The position numbers and the translations under genes are program-made. 64,000 nucleotides of DNA. It comes from a virus. The first letter of the stretch is position 1. The number at the start of each line of letters is the position of its first letter. Below, piece after piece: positions 48,355 to 57,496 of the stretch. Location of the stretch: IMG/VR virus record IMGVR_UViG_3300017917_001940, positions 1-64,000 of that record; one strand, given 5' to 3'. The notes below the pieces were generated by a model. It did no database searches. It saw only the letters and a program-made list of their open reading frames with translations, and was not told the origin of the DNA.

Positions 48355-48965
48355 TGATAAGAAGTATTTTAATACTCACAATGATGATGTTAGCTGGCGT
48401 TGGAGTCGTTAGTGCCAATGAGGTGTATATTGAACAAATTGGTGATGGTACAAGCATCTCAGTTACTCAAGAAGGATCTAACAACAACATGGGTAGTGCC
48501 AATGCATCGGCATATATCGGTGGTGATGCGAATGATGTAACTGTTAGCCAAGTTGGTTCAAATAATAGTTTGACAATGACCATTGGTGGTAACACTAATA
48601 CTGTTAACGTGAATACTACTGGTAGTAATAATACGCAAGAAATTACCTGCGGTACCAGTGCAAGCCAAACTTGTAGTAGTTCGACTATTACCCAAACAGT
48701 CACTGGTGACTCAAACACTGTGACACAAACTTTAGGTAGTGGTGCAACACGTACAAGTAATATAAACATTACAGGTGATTACAACACTGTAACACATACT
48801 GCTAGTGGTGTTGGCTCTCATAGTGCTGACATTACAGTTAGCGGCAGTGGTACATCGTTGCTTAATAACCATGTTAGCGTAACACAAGAAGGTGCAAATG
48901 CTAAGACAGCAGTGGTTAACGCCACGGGTAATAATATCAATATTGGTATTACTCAGCGCGATTGA
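48354..48965 (+). CDS. Curlin-like secreted repeat protein
   Basis: Signal peptide; EQIG, TQEGSNN, SQVGSNN, TTGSNN, VTGDSN, ITGDYN repeats. Confidence 0.7.
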   Translation: MIRSILILTMMMLAGVGVVSANEVYIEQIGDGTSISVTQEGSNNNMGSANASAYIGGDANDVTVSQVGSNNSLTMTIGGNTNTVNVNTTGSNNTQEITCGTSASQTCSSSTITQTVTGDSNTVTQTLGSGATRTSNINITGDYNTVTHTASGVGSHSADITVSGSGTSLLNNHVSVTQEGANAKTAVVNATGNNINIGITQRD

Positions 48966-49995
48966 TAGTTGGGCCGGTGTTGGAAAAGTGACAGAACAAA
49001 CAGGCCCAACTGAAATCGTTAGATCAAAAAAGTCACTGCCGTCGGCGGTGAATACCCCTGTGGAGATGAACGATACCATCATCACTGCCAAGGCTCGGGC
49101 ACAGTTGACCTTTGAGGATAATACCACTGTAAAGATTACTGAACAAAGCAAATTAGTCATAGACGACTTTGTCTATGATCCTAAAAAAGGCACAGGCAAA
49201 GTTGCTATGAAAGTTGTTCTGGGCACAGCTCGCTATTCTTCAGGACAAATAGCCAAGACAAATCCACAAGCAGTGGATGTTAAAACTCCTACTGCTACCG
49301 TGGCTGTTCGCGGCACAGATTTTTCTATGACTGTAGACGAACTAGGGCGCAGTCTTGTTATGTTATTGCCCAGTTGCGATGACAAAGGTTGTGTAACTGG
49401 TGCGATTTTAGTTAAAAATGACGCAGGTGAAGTTTTTATGGATCAGCCATATCAAGCCACACTAGTTGCTACGCTAACCACACCGCCTACAGCTCCTGTA
49501 TTTGTAACCTTAGATCAGGCTAATATTAACAACATGTTAATTGTCAGTCCACCTAAACAGTTTAAAGATGAAGAGCTACAAAAAGAATCAAAGTCAGCAC
49601 TAGATATAAACTTTCTTAATCAAGACTTTTTAAAGTATAGTAAACTTGACGAAGATGAACTTAAAAAGTTTAGAGAATTAGACATGAATTATCTTGACAC
49701 AGATTTTTTGGCCAACATGCTAGATTTAGCCAACGCACAGTTGTCTGCTAGCCAAGAGCAAATGCTCAGTCAAAATACCATGTTGCCTGGCTATAATGCC
49801 GCTACAGGTTTAACGTATGGTATTGATGCAGATGACGACAGTAAACTTGTGCTACGCAGAGGCAACGATCATATTGCTCAAGTTACCGTAAATCGCGAAG
49901 CAAATTTAGTATTAAATATTACACAATCAGGCAACCCATTAACACAGCAGGTTAATCGCGGAGGAACGACGGTAATTACTATTAATCAACGATGA
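48898..49995 (+). CDS. FecR-domain periplasmic protein (start re-called to ATG 48898)
   Basis: Signal ending SWA; FEDNTTVKITEQSKL, TPTATVAVRGTDF FecR motifs. Confidence 0.8.
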   Translation: MLRQQWLTPRVIISILVLLSAIDSWAGVGKVTEQTGPTEIVRSKKSLPSAVNTPVEMNDTIITAKARAQLTFEDNTTVKITEQSKLVIDDFVYDPKKGTGKVAMKVVLGTARYSSGQIAKTNPQAVDVKTPTATVAVRGTDFSMTVDELGRSLVMLLPSCDDKGCVTGAILVKNDAGEVFMDQPYQATLVATLTTPPTAPVFVTLDQANINNMLIVSPPKQFKDEELQKESKSALDINFLNQDFLKYSKLDEDELKKFRELDMNYLDTDFLANMLDLANAQLSASQEQMLSQNTMLPGYNAATGLTYGIDADDDSKLVLRRGNDHIAQVTVNREANLVLNITQSGNPLTQQVNRGGTTVITINQR

Positions 49996-50005
49996 GGAGA
50001 TTAGT

Positions 50006-50152
50006 ATGAACGGCAAGACCATGAAACTATTAGTTGAGTATATTGCAGATCAACATAGAAAAGAGCGTGAACGTTATGCTCAAACCTATCGAACAATATA
50101 TCAAAAACCCAGTGATACTAAAGAAGTTAATCAAACTAAGGATAATAAATGA
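50006..50152 (+). CDS. Small hypothetical protein (48 aa)
   Basis: GAGGAG SD. Confidence 0.45.
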   Translation: MNGKTMKLLVEYIADQHRKERERYAQTYRTIYQKPSDTKEVNQTKDNK

Positions 50153-50241
50153 GCTGGTTTAGACACAGGCCGCCAAGGTACCCACCAGAACCACAACAAG
50201 ACCCGGTACCTGACACGTTTTGGCCACCCGAAAACGAATAA
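50149..50241 (+). CDS. Pro-rich peptide (30 aa)
   Basis: ATGA-coupled; MSWFRHRPP. Confidence 0.35.
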   Translation: MSWFRHRPPRYPPEPQQDPVPDTFWPPENE

Positions 50242-50271
50242 ATACCTACATAATAACAATAAGGGGCTATC

Positions 50272-50553
50272 ATGGGTGACATTTTTAAACTCATAGGTGA
50301 TCTTGGTTTTCCAATTGCTGTAGCACTAGCAGGCGGATACTTTGTTTATCTAACAATCAAACTATTATTGCAGGGTGTATTAGGCAGTATTCGCGGCATG
50401 GCGGGTATTATTACTGCACTAGATAACCGTGTAAAGACAATGAATCATGATGTTATACGTATTGATACTGTGGTATCAAATGCACTAGGTCTGCGTCCAG
50501 ACGTAGATCGTATTAGTCGAGCTGATGGCAAAAACGACGCACGGAGAGATTAG
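50272..50553 (+). CDS. Small membrane protein (GFPI family, paralog A)
   Basis: GFPI-TM helix + coiled coil; ATAAATA upstream. Confidence 0.65.
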   Translation: MGDIFKLIGDLGFPIAVALAGGYFVYLTIKLLLQGVLGSIRGMAGIITALDNRVKTMNHDVIRIDTVVSNALGLRPDVDRISRADGKNDARRD

Positions 50554-50554
50554 T

Positions 50555-50692
50555 ATGTTAATGTTTACAATTATTGCTGTAATTGCTGTACTTTTGTACA
50601 TCAACGAACGAGAAGAATCTCCTAATCAACACCAAGAAGATTTAAAATTAGCCAAAGAATTTTATCTTAAACAACGCTACTATCGTGGATAA
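50555..50692 (+). CDS. Small membrane peptide (45 aa)
   Basis: GGAGA SD; hydrophobic N-terminus. Confidence 0.4.
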   Translation: MLMFTIIAVIAVLLYINEREESPNQHQEDLKLAKEFYLKQRYYRG

Positions 50693-50833
50693 CAATAACC
50701 AACGATTAGTTTTGGTAGAAAATAAAGAGGACGACACCCTCGAGTTTAAATATGTAACGGATCAAGAGTATGCTTGGATGCTATTACAAGAGCAAACTAA
50801 ACAGCCGAAGGATTTAACTTAAGGAGACGTAGT

Positions 50834-50995
50834 ATGAAATTTGTAGATTATACTTTTACAAGGACTTTTGATGATAACATCTTATTTGATCCAGAACTAA
50901 CACCCGAGCAGTTAGGAGTTAAGACTGGTGATTGTTTTGAAGTTAAAATAAGAGACAACGTCATTATTTTAGAAAAGAAACAATACAATGAATAA
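50834..50995 (+). CDS. Small protein, AbrB-like swapped-hairpin pattern possible (53 aa)
   Basis: AAGGAG SD; QLGVKTGDCFEVKIRDNVIILEK. Confidence 0.4.
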   Translation: MKFVDYTFTRTFDDNILFDPELTPEQLGVKTGDCFEVKIRDNVIILEKKQYNE

Positions 50996-51353
50996 ATTAT
51001 TAGCCCTGGTCTTGTTGCTTGTCAGTACCTTGACTTGGGCTGATAATCGTTCCTGGACTCCTGAAGAGCAAGCACGGTTGGCTACAGCTGCCGCGGTTAC
51101 AGTAGCCGACTGGTCAACTACAAGAGATTTATCTCGACGATACAACGAGGGATATCACGAGAATAATCCTATTCTTGTCAAGCACCCAAGTACAGGTCGT
51201 GTGGATTTGTATTTTGTCTCAGCTGGACTGTTAGGCTATGCAATCGCCGACAATTTAGATCAATATAGAAAACCATTTCTACAAACATGGACTGCTGTGG
51301 AAATATATTATACAAACAGAAACCTTAACATAGGTTTAAGAATGAAATTTTAG
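50988..51353 (+). CDS. Secreted hypothetical protein
   Basis: Signal ending TWA; C-terminal IGLRMKF. Confidence 0.6.
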   Translation: MNKLLALVLLLVSTLTWADNRSWTPEEQARLATAAAVTVADWSTTRDLSRRYNEGYHENNPILVKHPSTGRVDLYFVSAGLLGYAIADNLDQYRKPFLQTWTAVEIYYTNRNLNIGLRMKF

Positions 51354-51361
51354 GAGTTAAC

Positions 51362-51688
51362 ATGGATGTAGTAGGATTGATAAACAAGTATGGATTTCCA
51401 ATTGTCATGGCAGTTGGAATGGGATATATTATAAAATATGTGTGGGAATGGTCAACTAAAGAAGTTAAGCCAGTTATCTCTGAAGCAAACACAGTGCTTA
51501 TCGCTCTTATTGATCGTATCCGCATGTTGGATAATGATCTCATCCGCTTAAATCAAAAAGTAAACACCGTATTACATCTTCGTGGTAAGACTATTGAATA
51601 TGAGCGTGTGGAAGCTGAGATGGAAATTAATAAAACTGTACACAAAAAATCTGAAGATGATCAAACTGCAAGTGCAGGTGAAGGTTGA
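51362..51688 (+). CDS. Small membrane protein (GFPI family, paralog B)
   Basis: YGFPI-TM helix + coiled coil; similar to 50272-50553. Confidence 0.65.
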   Translation: MDVVGLINKYGFPIVMAVGMGYIIKYVWEWSTKEVKPVISEANTVLIALIDRIRMLDNDLIRLNQKVNTVLHLRGKTIEYERVEAEMEINKTVHKKSEDDQTASAGEG

Positions 51689-51705
51689 TTTAACTAAATA
51701 TTATT

Positions 51706-52221
51706 ATGAGATTAAAAGAGATTACTAACGAAGGAAAAGTCGGCGGATTCCCATCATCATTGCAAAGAATCACCGCACCGTATACAGGTGGAGGTCCTCG
51801 AGTAAATGAACCAGCATTTGTAAAAGCCGGCAAGCAAAAAAAATATCAACGAACTGTTGATTTTAATGATTTAAAAACCGACAAAGAAAAATTTGAATTC
51901 ATATACAACTTAAAAGTTGGTAAAACTACAAATAAAGCGGTGTTCGAAATTCCAGGGACCAACGGAAGTAAAGTTATCAGTTATGATCCACAAACTGGCA
52001 ACATTGAACTTGAAGTTGCTAGAGGAAAGAATGTTGATTTGTACTCTGGTAATGCTAATAATTTTAAATTTTTGGGTAGAGAAAAATCTCCTAGCACTCC
52101 GTTAATAAAGTATAAGTTTAGTCCTGGGGCTCTTGAAGATCTGGGTCCGGCTGTCCGTAAAACAAAAACTCAAGCAAACCCTTTTAGCAAACCATCGACT
52201 CTTACTAAGTTACCTTGGTAA
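51706..52221 (+). CDS. Basic hypothetical, probable head-internal protein
   Basis: TAAATA 5 nt upstream; MRLKEITNE N-terminus. Confidence 0.5.
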   Translation: MRLKEITNEGKVGGFPSSLQRITAPYTGGGPRVNEPAFVKAGKQKKYQRTVDFNDLKTDKEKFEFIYNLKVGKTTNKAVFEIPGTNGSKVISYDPQTGNIELEVARGKNVDLYSGNANNFKFLGREKSPSTPLIKYKFSPGALEDLGPAVRKTKTQANPFSKPSTLTKLPW

Positions 52222-52440
52222 ACAAATACCTGAACCAATCCACGGGCCCAAACTGGCTCTAGTAGGTTCAAACAATAAATTCCATTGCGGTTGTGTGCCT
52301 GTTAGTATATTACCTGGCAAGTAATGCCAGAATAAAAAACTACTAATCATACTATCAACAATCCAGTCGCTAATCTTACCGACAGGACTATTTGCTAGTT
52401 GCTCGGTATACTGAGTCCCAATCTGATGGTAGTTCAACAT
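52210..52440 (-). CDS. Hypothetical protein
   Basis: Follows cyclase on the same strand. Confidence 0.4.
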   Translation of the reverse strand: MLNYHQIGTQYTEQLANSPVGKISDWIVDSMISSFLFWHYLPGNILTGTQPQWNLLFEPTRASLGPWIGSGICLPR

Positions 52441-54439
52441 TTTTCATCTCCTCGCATCTTTCAATCCATATATCATAGTAGTGATCCATTGCACCTTCAA
52501 ATCGACCTTTAAGTTCACGACATTGTTTAATCGCTTGGTCAAACTTCTGTTTGCGGTACAGTGCCAACATAGCATCGTGTAACTGATGGTCGCCTGTGTC
52601 AGCGTTTATTTCATCCTTACGTCCTAGTACAGTATAGATATGTACTCCTTCTGTTTTGCCTTTAACAGCAATACAATCTAGTTCGAGTACATAGTATTCG
52701 TCTGCTACATATTCTGCCGTCTTCGGGCCCAATACGATTTTGACACCATACGGTTTACTTTGCCCTTCAAGACGCGATGCGAGATTGACGCTATCTCCAA
52801 GGCAAGTATAATCGAAACGCTGATCACTGCCCATATTCCCAACAACAACAATCCCGGTATTAATACCAAGACCCATTCCAAAAGGTGGAACACCTTCAGC
52901 AGTAATTTCTTTATTAAATTCATCTAAACTCCCTAACATTTCTAATCCTGTGCGTACAGCATGTTTGGCGTGGTCTGCATCTTTAATCGGTGCGTTCCAA
53001 AATGCCATTTGAGCATCACCAATATATTTGTCCAGTGTGCCGCGATTCTCTAAAATCTTTTTAGTCATGGCAGTCATGTAACGATTCATGATCTTGGTCA
53101 AGCCTTGTACATCTCTACCATAGTGTTCACTGATGCTGGTAAAGCCACGCACATCTGTAAACATAATAGTCAACTCTTGTTCCTCACCACCTAGGCGTAG
53201 TAAGTCTGGACTGCGCTGTAGTTGTGCTACTAGGTCTGGACTCAAGTATGTGCCAAATTGTTTCTTTATTTGTTGCTTTTGCAAGAACTCGCTGACGAAC
53301 TTGACACCGTATGCGTGGAGGGACACAATAAGAATTGCGCCAACAAAGGCAGTGACATCATATAGATACAAACCGTAGCGGTAAGCAAGATGACTACCAA
53401 CCACGGCAATAAGTGTTGTTCCCACAACTGTCGCCAATCCAACATAAACATACCTCGTTAAAAATAATAAACCTACACCTGCTAATAATATAGCAAGTAA
53501 CTCTACACCATCTGCGTAATCAGGACGTTTGATAGTTACACCATTAATCATTGTGCTGATAGCACTAGCTTGAAACTCTTGTGGCCACATAGCACCTTGA
53601 GCAGTTGGCACAGGATTACCCAACCCTGCGGCAGCCGGCCCTACAATAACAATAGCATTACCAAAGTCTTTGGGCAAGTTAGTTAAACTTACGCTCTTTG
53701 ATTTTTGACTTAGGTCAACCCACACACGACCTAGGTTATCTGTTGTGATAGGACCAAATGCTGGCACACGCATCTTCTCTACACCAAGTTCATTTAACTT
53801 AACTTGGAATGTATTGTCACCTGCGGCCACCCGCAAAGTTTCCATCGACAAACTTGGGTATAGTTTATCACCCACTGCTACGACCATTGGCAAGCGACGA
53901 TTAACACCATCTACTTCTGGTAGTGTGCCGACAATTCCCACGCCCACTGCACTTGCTTCTAGAGGGCGAATGTTGGCAATTAATCCTGGATATTGTACAA
54001 CTTGTCCTAAGTATTCTGCACCAATAACAGCCGACCCTGGTTGCTTAGGTGGGTTCTTAGTTTTCTCACTTGGAACACTTGGTAGAATGACTGGATATTG
54101 TTTAAGTGCGTTGGCTAATACAGCATCGCCGCCTGTGCGATCTGGCTCAGCCATAAGGACATTAAACACAACAAGACCAGCATTACGACGATACAAATCT
54201 TTAATGATTTCAGCATATTGATCCCTTGGTAAAGGCCATTGGCCATATCGGTCTAATGTTGCTTCATCTATATTAACTGTGTATATATTGTTTTCTGTAG
54301 GAGCCTTGCTGGTAATCAGTGTGTCAAAATATTTTAAACGAACTGATTCTACAAATGCGGGATCTGCTACTCGCACACATAACACCAGGGCTAATGTAAC
54401 CAACGCAGTCCATGGGTTAATTAGAAGTTTTTTAAGCAT
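52388..54439 (-). CDS. CHASE2-domain class III adenylate cyclase
   Basis: TM-CHASE2 (VNIDE..GQWPLPR)-3TM; FTDVRGFT, DKYIGDA, GINTG, YTCLGDSVNLASRLE. Confidence 0.92.
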   Translation of the reverse strand: MLKKLLINPWTALVTLALVLCVRVADPAFVESVRLKYFDTLITSKAPTENNIYTVNIDEATLDRYGQWPLPRDQYAEIIKDLYRRNAGLVVFNVLMAEPDRTGGDAVLANALKQYPVILPSVPSEKTKNPPKQPGSAVIGAEYLGQVVQYPGLIANIRPLEASAVGVGIVGTLPEVDGVNRRLPMVVAVGDKLYPSLSMETLRVAAGDNTFQVKLNELGVEKMRVPAFGPITTDNLGRVWVDLSQKSKSVSLTNLPKDFGNAIVIVGPAAAGLGNPVPTAQGAMWPQEFQASAISTMINGVTIKRPDYADGVELLAILLAGVGLLFLTRYVYVGLATVVGTTLIAVVGSHLAYRYGLYLYDVTAFVGAILIVSLHAYGVKFVSEFLQKQQIKKQFGTYLSPDLVAQLQRSPDLLRLGGEEQELTIMFTDVRGFTSISEHYGRDVQGLTKIMNRYMTAMTKKILENRGTLDKYIGDAQMAFWNAPIKDADHAKHAVRTGLEMLGSLDEFNKEITAEGVPPFGMGLGINTGIVVVGNMGSDQRFDYTCLGDSVNLASRLEGQSKPYGVKIVLGPKTAEYVADEYYVLELDCIAVKGKTEGVHIYTVLGRKDEINADTGDHQLHDAMLALYRKQKFDQAIKQCRELKGRFEGAMDHYYDIWIERCEEMKNVELPSDWDSVYRATSK

Positions 54440-54446
54440 CTAATAT

Positions 54447-55760
54447 TTATTTACGGCTAGCTAGGTATCTGTTGTAGTATTTTCTGGCTTTGGATAGAAT
54501 GGCTATATTCTGCTCGAGTGTTAGTGGAGTAATACCTCGGGGAAAAAATTGATTATATAATTTTGGTATACCTGCTAATTTTTTTCTAATTGTTAGATAG
54601 ATTTCGCTTGTATTTGTATTTTCAAGAGTATTGAGCCCAGTTTTAAGATTCTCTCTTAATTCACCAGATACTAAGTTAAAGAATGCATCACTGAAAAAAT
54701 GTTGTTGATTATAGATAGCAATGGTTTTGAGTTGTTGCATCTTATACTGTCGTTCTTCTGATGTCCAATTTTTAATGGTTTTCATAACTTCAATTATTGC
54801 TTCTAATCGAGTGTAATGATCTTCAATTTTATCATAACTTTCATCAATGATACCATCAAATGTTTTAAACCCGTAGCTGTGCAAATATTCTAGAGACCTT
54901 GGAGTACCAGCAAGTATAAACGGTTGTTGGCAAGCAATTGGACGCAATACCTTCTCTGTTAAGTGATTTCTTGGATCTTGAAATAATGTTTCAAGTACAA
55001 TTTCAAAGTTAGTCGACTTATAATCCTCTACATCAAAATCAGCACTATAACAACTAGTGGTGAGGTTTTCTTGAAAATGTTTCTCGAGTTGATTATTTGG
55101 TTTCCATTGTTTATTGATGAATTTGTAATTTGTGTAATGGGTATTGTTATCTGTAAACCCAATGGACGTTTGACATTCGTTAATTAGGTTGTGTTCTATT
55201 AGTAAGTCGGCAAACTTTAATCGATATTCTCTTGTTCCACTCCAAGCCCGGTTGTAAACTAAAAACAGTTTGGTATTATCGTGCTTTCTAAAGTCAACAT
55301 GTTGAGCATATCTAAACCAGTCTCGAGAAATTAATGCATGACTCCAATAATATATCGGAATAAAATTCATTCTTTTATATACGTCAACTTGTGGGGAATT
55401 TCTTTCGCTATGTAACAATAAACATAAATCGTAAATATTTCCAGGGAAGTACCGAAGATTTCTCATCAATGTTGGAGCATTGTTTTCGGTAAAAATTTTA
55501 CACACAAACTCGTTTTCTCCTAACTTTGGATTTAATGTTGGTTTTTGATCTTGATAAAGTTGATAATTTAACGGTTCTTGGTCGTTACAGTATAATTCAG
55601 CAGTTGTCAATTGAGTTACCTCATCGACAATTTTTAATAATGTTAAATCTTCTATTTTTTTACTCCCATGGGGCAAAAAACGATAAATTAGTACATCGCC
55701 GTAAACATCTTGGGCGACACTTTCAATATAGTGATACAATCTATCTAAAGGAATACTCAT
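54447..55760 (-). CDS. Glycosyltransferase-like hypothetical protein (start re-called to 55760)
   Basis: LVYNR, IVLET, HLTEKVLRPIACQQPFILAG..GFKTF pattern. Confidence 0.45.
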   Translation of the reverse strand: MSIPLDRLYHYIESVAQDVYGDVLIYRFLPHGSKKIEDLTLLKIVDEVTQLTTAELYCNDQEPLNYQLYQDQKPTLNPKLGENEFVCKIFTENNAPTLMRNLRYFPGNIYDLCLLLHSERNSPQVDVYKRMNFIPIYYWSHALISRDWFRYAQHVDFRKHDNTKLFLVYNRAWSGTREYRLKFADLLIEHNLINECQTSIGFTDNNTHYTNYKFINKQWKPNNQLEKHFQENLTTSCYSADFDVEDYKSTNFEIVLETLFQDPRNHLTEKVLRPIACQQPFILAGTPRSLEYLHSYGFKTFDGIIDESYDKIEDHYTRLEAIIEVMKTIKNWTSEERQYKMQQLKTIAIYNQQHFFSDAFFNLVSGELRENLKTGLNTLENTNTSEIYLTIRKKLAGIPKLYNQFFPRGITPLTLEQNIAILSKARKYYNRYLASRK

Positions 55761-57006
55761 GAAAAATATTGGTTTTATTGGATTAGGAAAATTAGGCCTT
55801 GACTGCGCCGAAGTTATGGCTGAAAAACACACAGTACGGGGTTATGATATTTACCCACGTACAAGTGATGCGGTAAAAGTTTGCTCCATTGAAGAAACAG
55901 TGAACGAAAGCGAATGGATCTTTATCGCAGTTCCTACTCCACACGAAGAAGGTTATGATGGTAGTGTGCCTAGCTCACACATGACTCCAAAGGACTTTGG
56001 GCATGATGCTGTTAAGGATGCTATCCAGAAGGTAAACCAATATGCTACAAGTCCTAAAAAAGTTGTGTTAATTAGTACAGTACTACCGGGCACAACTCGC
56101 AGGCACTTTATTACGTTACTAGACAAAAAGCATCAGTTCTTATACAACCCATATTTGATTGCCATGGGCAGTGTTAAGTGGGACATGGTTAATCCAGAAA
56201 TGATCATGATTGGTACAGAAGATGGTAACCCAAACACCTTAGCTGGTGAGTTGATTGACATTTACAAAACAATCATGCAAAACAATCCACGCTATGAAAT
56301 TGGCACATGGGATGAATGTGAAGCAATCAAGATTTTCTATAACACATTTATTTCGGCTAAAGTTGGCTTGGCCAACATGATCCAAGACTTTGCTCTTAAA
56401 ATTGGCAACATCAACGTTGACGTAGTTACCAATGCATTGGCCCGTAGTACCATGCGTATTATGGGTCCTAAGTATATGACAGCAGGTATGGGAGATGCAG
56501 GTGCTTGCCACCCACGTGATAATATTGCCTTGCGTTGGTTAGCACAAGAATACGAAGTAGGCTACGACTTGTTCGACACTATCATGCATGCTCGCGAAAT
56601 CCAAGCAAAGAACTTGGCACTATTCTTAGTTGATCAAGCCAAGAAATCTAACTTGCCTATTGCTATTCACGGTAAAGCATACAAGCCCGACGTTCCGTAC
56701 TGTATTGGAAGTTATTCAACATTAGTTGGTTATTATGTTGAAGAGGCAGGATTGCCTGTTGTTTACGTAGATCCATTAGCTGACGATGCTACTAAAGTTG
56801 TTGCTAGTGTGGATACACCAGCAGTTTATTTGTGGGCACACAATCGTAAAGTAACCTACGAATACACAGGTGATCAAGAAGCAACTAAACCATATTGTGA
56901 AATCAAGCCAGGTTCAGTTATCGTAGATCCATGGCGTCAATTGCCATTAGACATGGCAGATATTAAGGTTGTACACTATGGTAACACACGCAATAGCCAA
57001 GTATAA
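55759..57006 (+). CDS. UDP-glucose/GDP-mannose dehydrogenase family protein
   Basis: GFIGLGKLG, IAVPTP, ISTVLPG, YNP, KIFYN, GACHPRD, GKAYKP. Confidence 0.85.
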   Translation: MKNIGFIGLGKLGLDCAEVMAEKHTVRGYDIYPRTSDAVKVCSIEETVNESEWIFIAVPTPHEEGYDGSVPSSHMTPKDFGHDAVKDAIQKVNQYATSPKKVVLISTVLPGTTRRHFITLLDKKHQFLYNPYLIAMGSVKWDMVNPEMIMIGTEDGNPNTLAGELIDIYKTIMQNNPRYEIGTWDECEAIKIFYNTFISAKVGLANMIQDFALKIGNINVDVVTNALARSTMRIMGPKYMTAGMGDAGACHPRDNIALRWLAQEYEVGYDLFDTIMHAREIQAKNLALFLVDQAKKSNLPIAIHGKAYKPDVPYCIGSYSTLVGYYVEEAGLPVVYVDPLADDATKVVASVDTPAVYLWAHNRKVTYEYTGDQEATKPYCEIKPGSVIVDPWRQLPLDMADIKVVHYGNTRNSQV

Positions 57007-57496
57007 TCTTGACGTCTTTTGGGACGACGAATACAAACATTTAGACTATATTCAAGAACCATTCAACGATCCTGATGATGTAGCTCGATGGATCGAACAA
57101 GGTTACCACACTAAGATATGTGGTGATCTTGCTGACATGCGTGGACGTCAACCCAGTTGGAATCACAAGTTTGTTGAACATTTTGAACGCATGGGTTGGA
57201 AAAACATTGGTACAGCATACTATCGCATGACATCAGGTACAGTCATGCCGGTACACAGTGATCGTTATGTAAAGTATATTGACTTGTTTAATCTTCAAGG
57301 GCGCGAGAATCGTATTCGCCGAGCTTTAGTTTTACTAGAAGATTGGCGTTCGGGTCACTATCTTGAAGTGATGGACATTCCATTTGTCAAATGGTCGGCT
57401 GGACAAGTAGTTGAATGGAATTACGATACTCCACACATGGCCGCCAACATTGGACTAGAAGATCGATATACACTACAAATAACAGGGTGGGCATGA
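56969..57496 (+). CDS. Cupin / 2OG-Fe(II) oxygenase-like protein
   Basis: MPVHSD (HxD), distal PHMAAN, R-YTLQITG. Confidence 0.6.
   Translation: MYTMVTHAIAKYNLDVFWDDEYKHLDYIQEPFNDPDDVARWIEQGYHTKICGDLADMRGRQPSWNHKFVEHFERMGWKNIGTAYYRMTSGTVMPVHSDRYVKYIDLFNLQGRENRIRRALVLLEDWRSGHYLEVMDIPFVKWSAGQVVEWNYDTPHMAANIGLEDRYTLQITGWA

Noticed and set aside
55761-55832. ORF-track start (55832) for the minus-strand GT-like gene
   Set aside because: The extra 24 codons are the antisense of the dehydrogenase's NAD-binding motif; ATG 55760 is the more plausible start.
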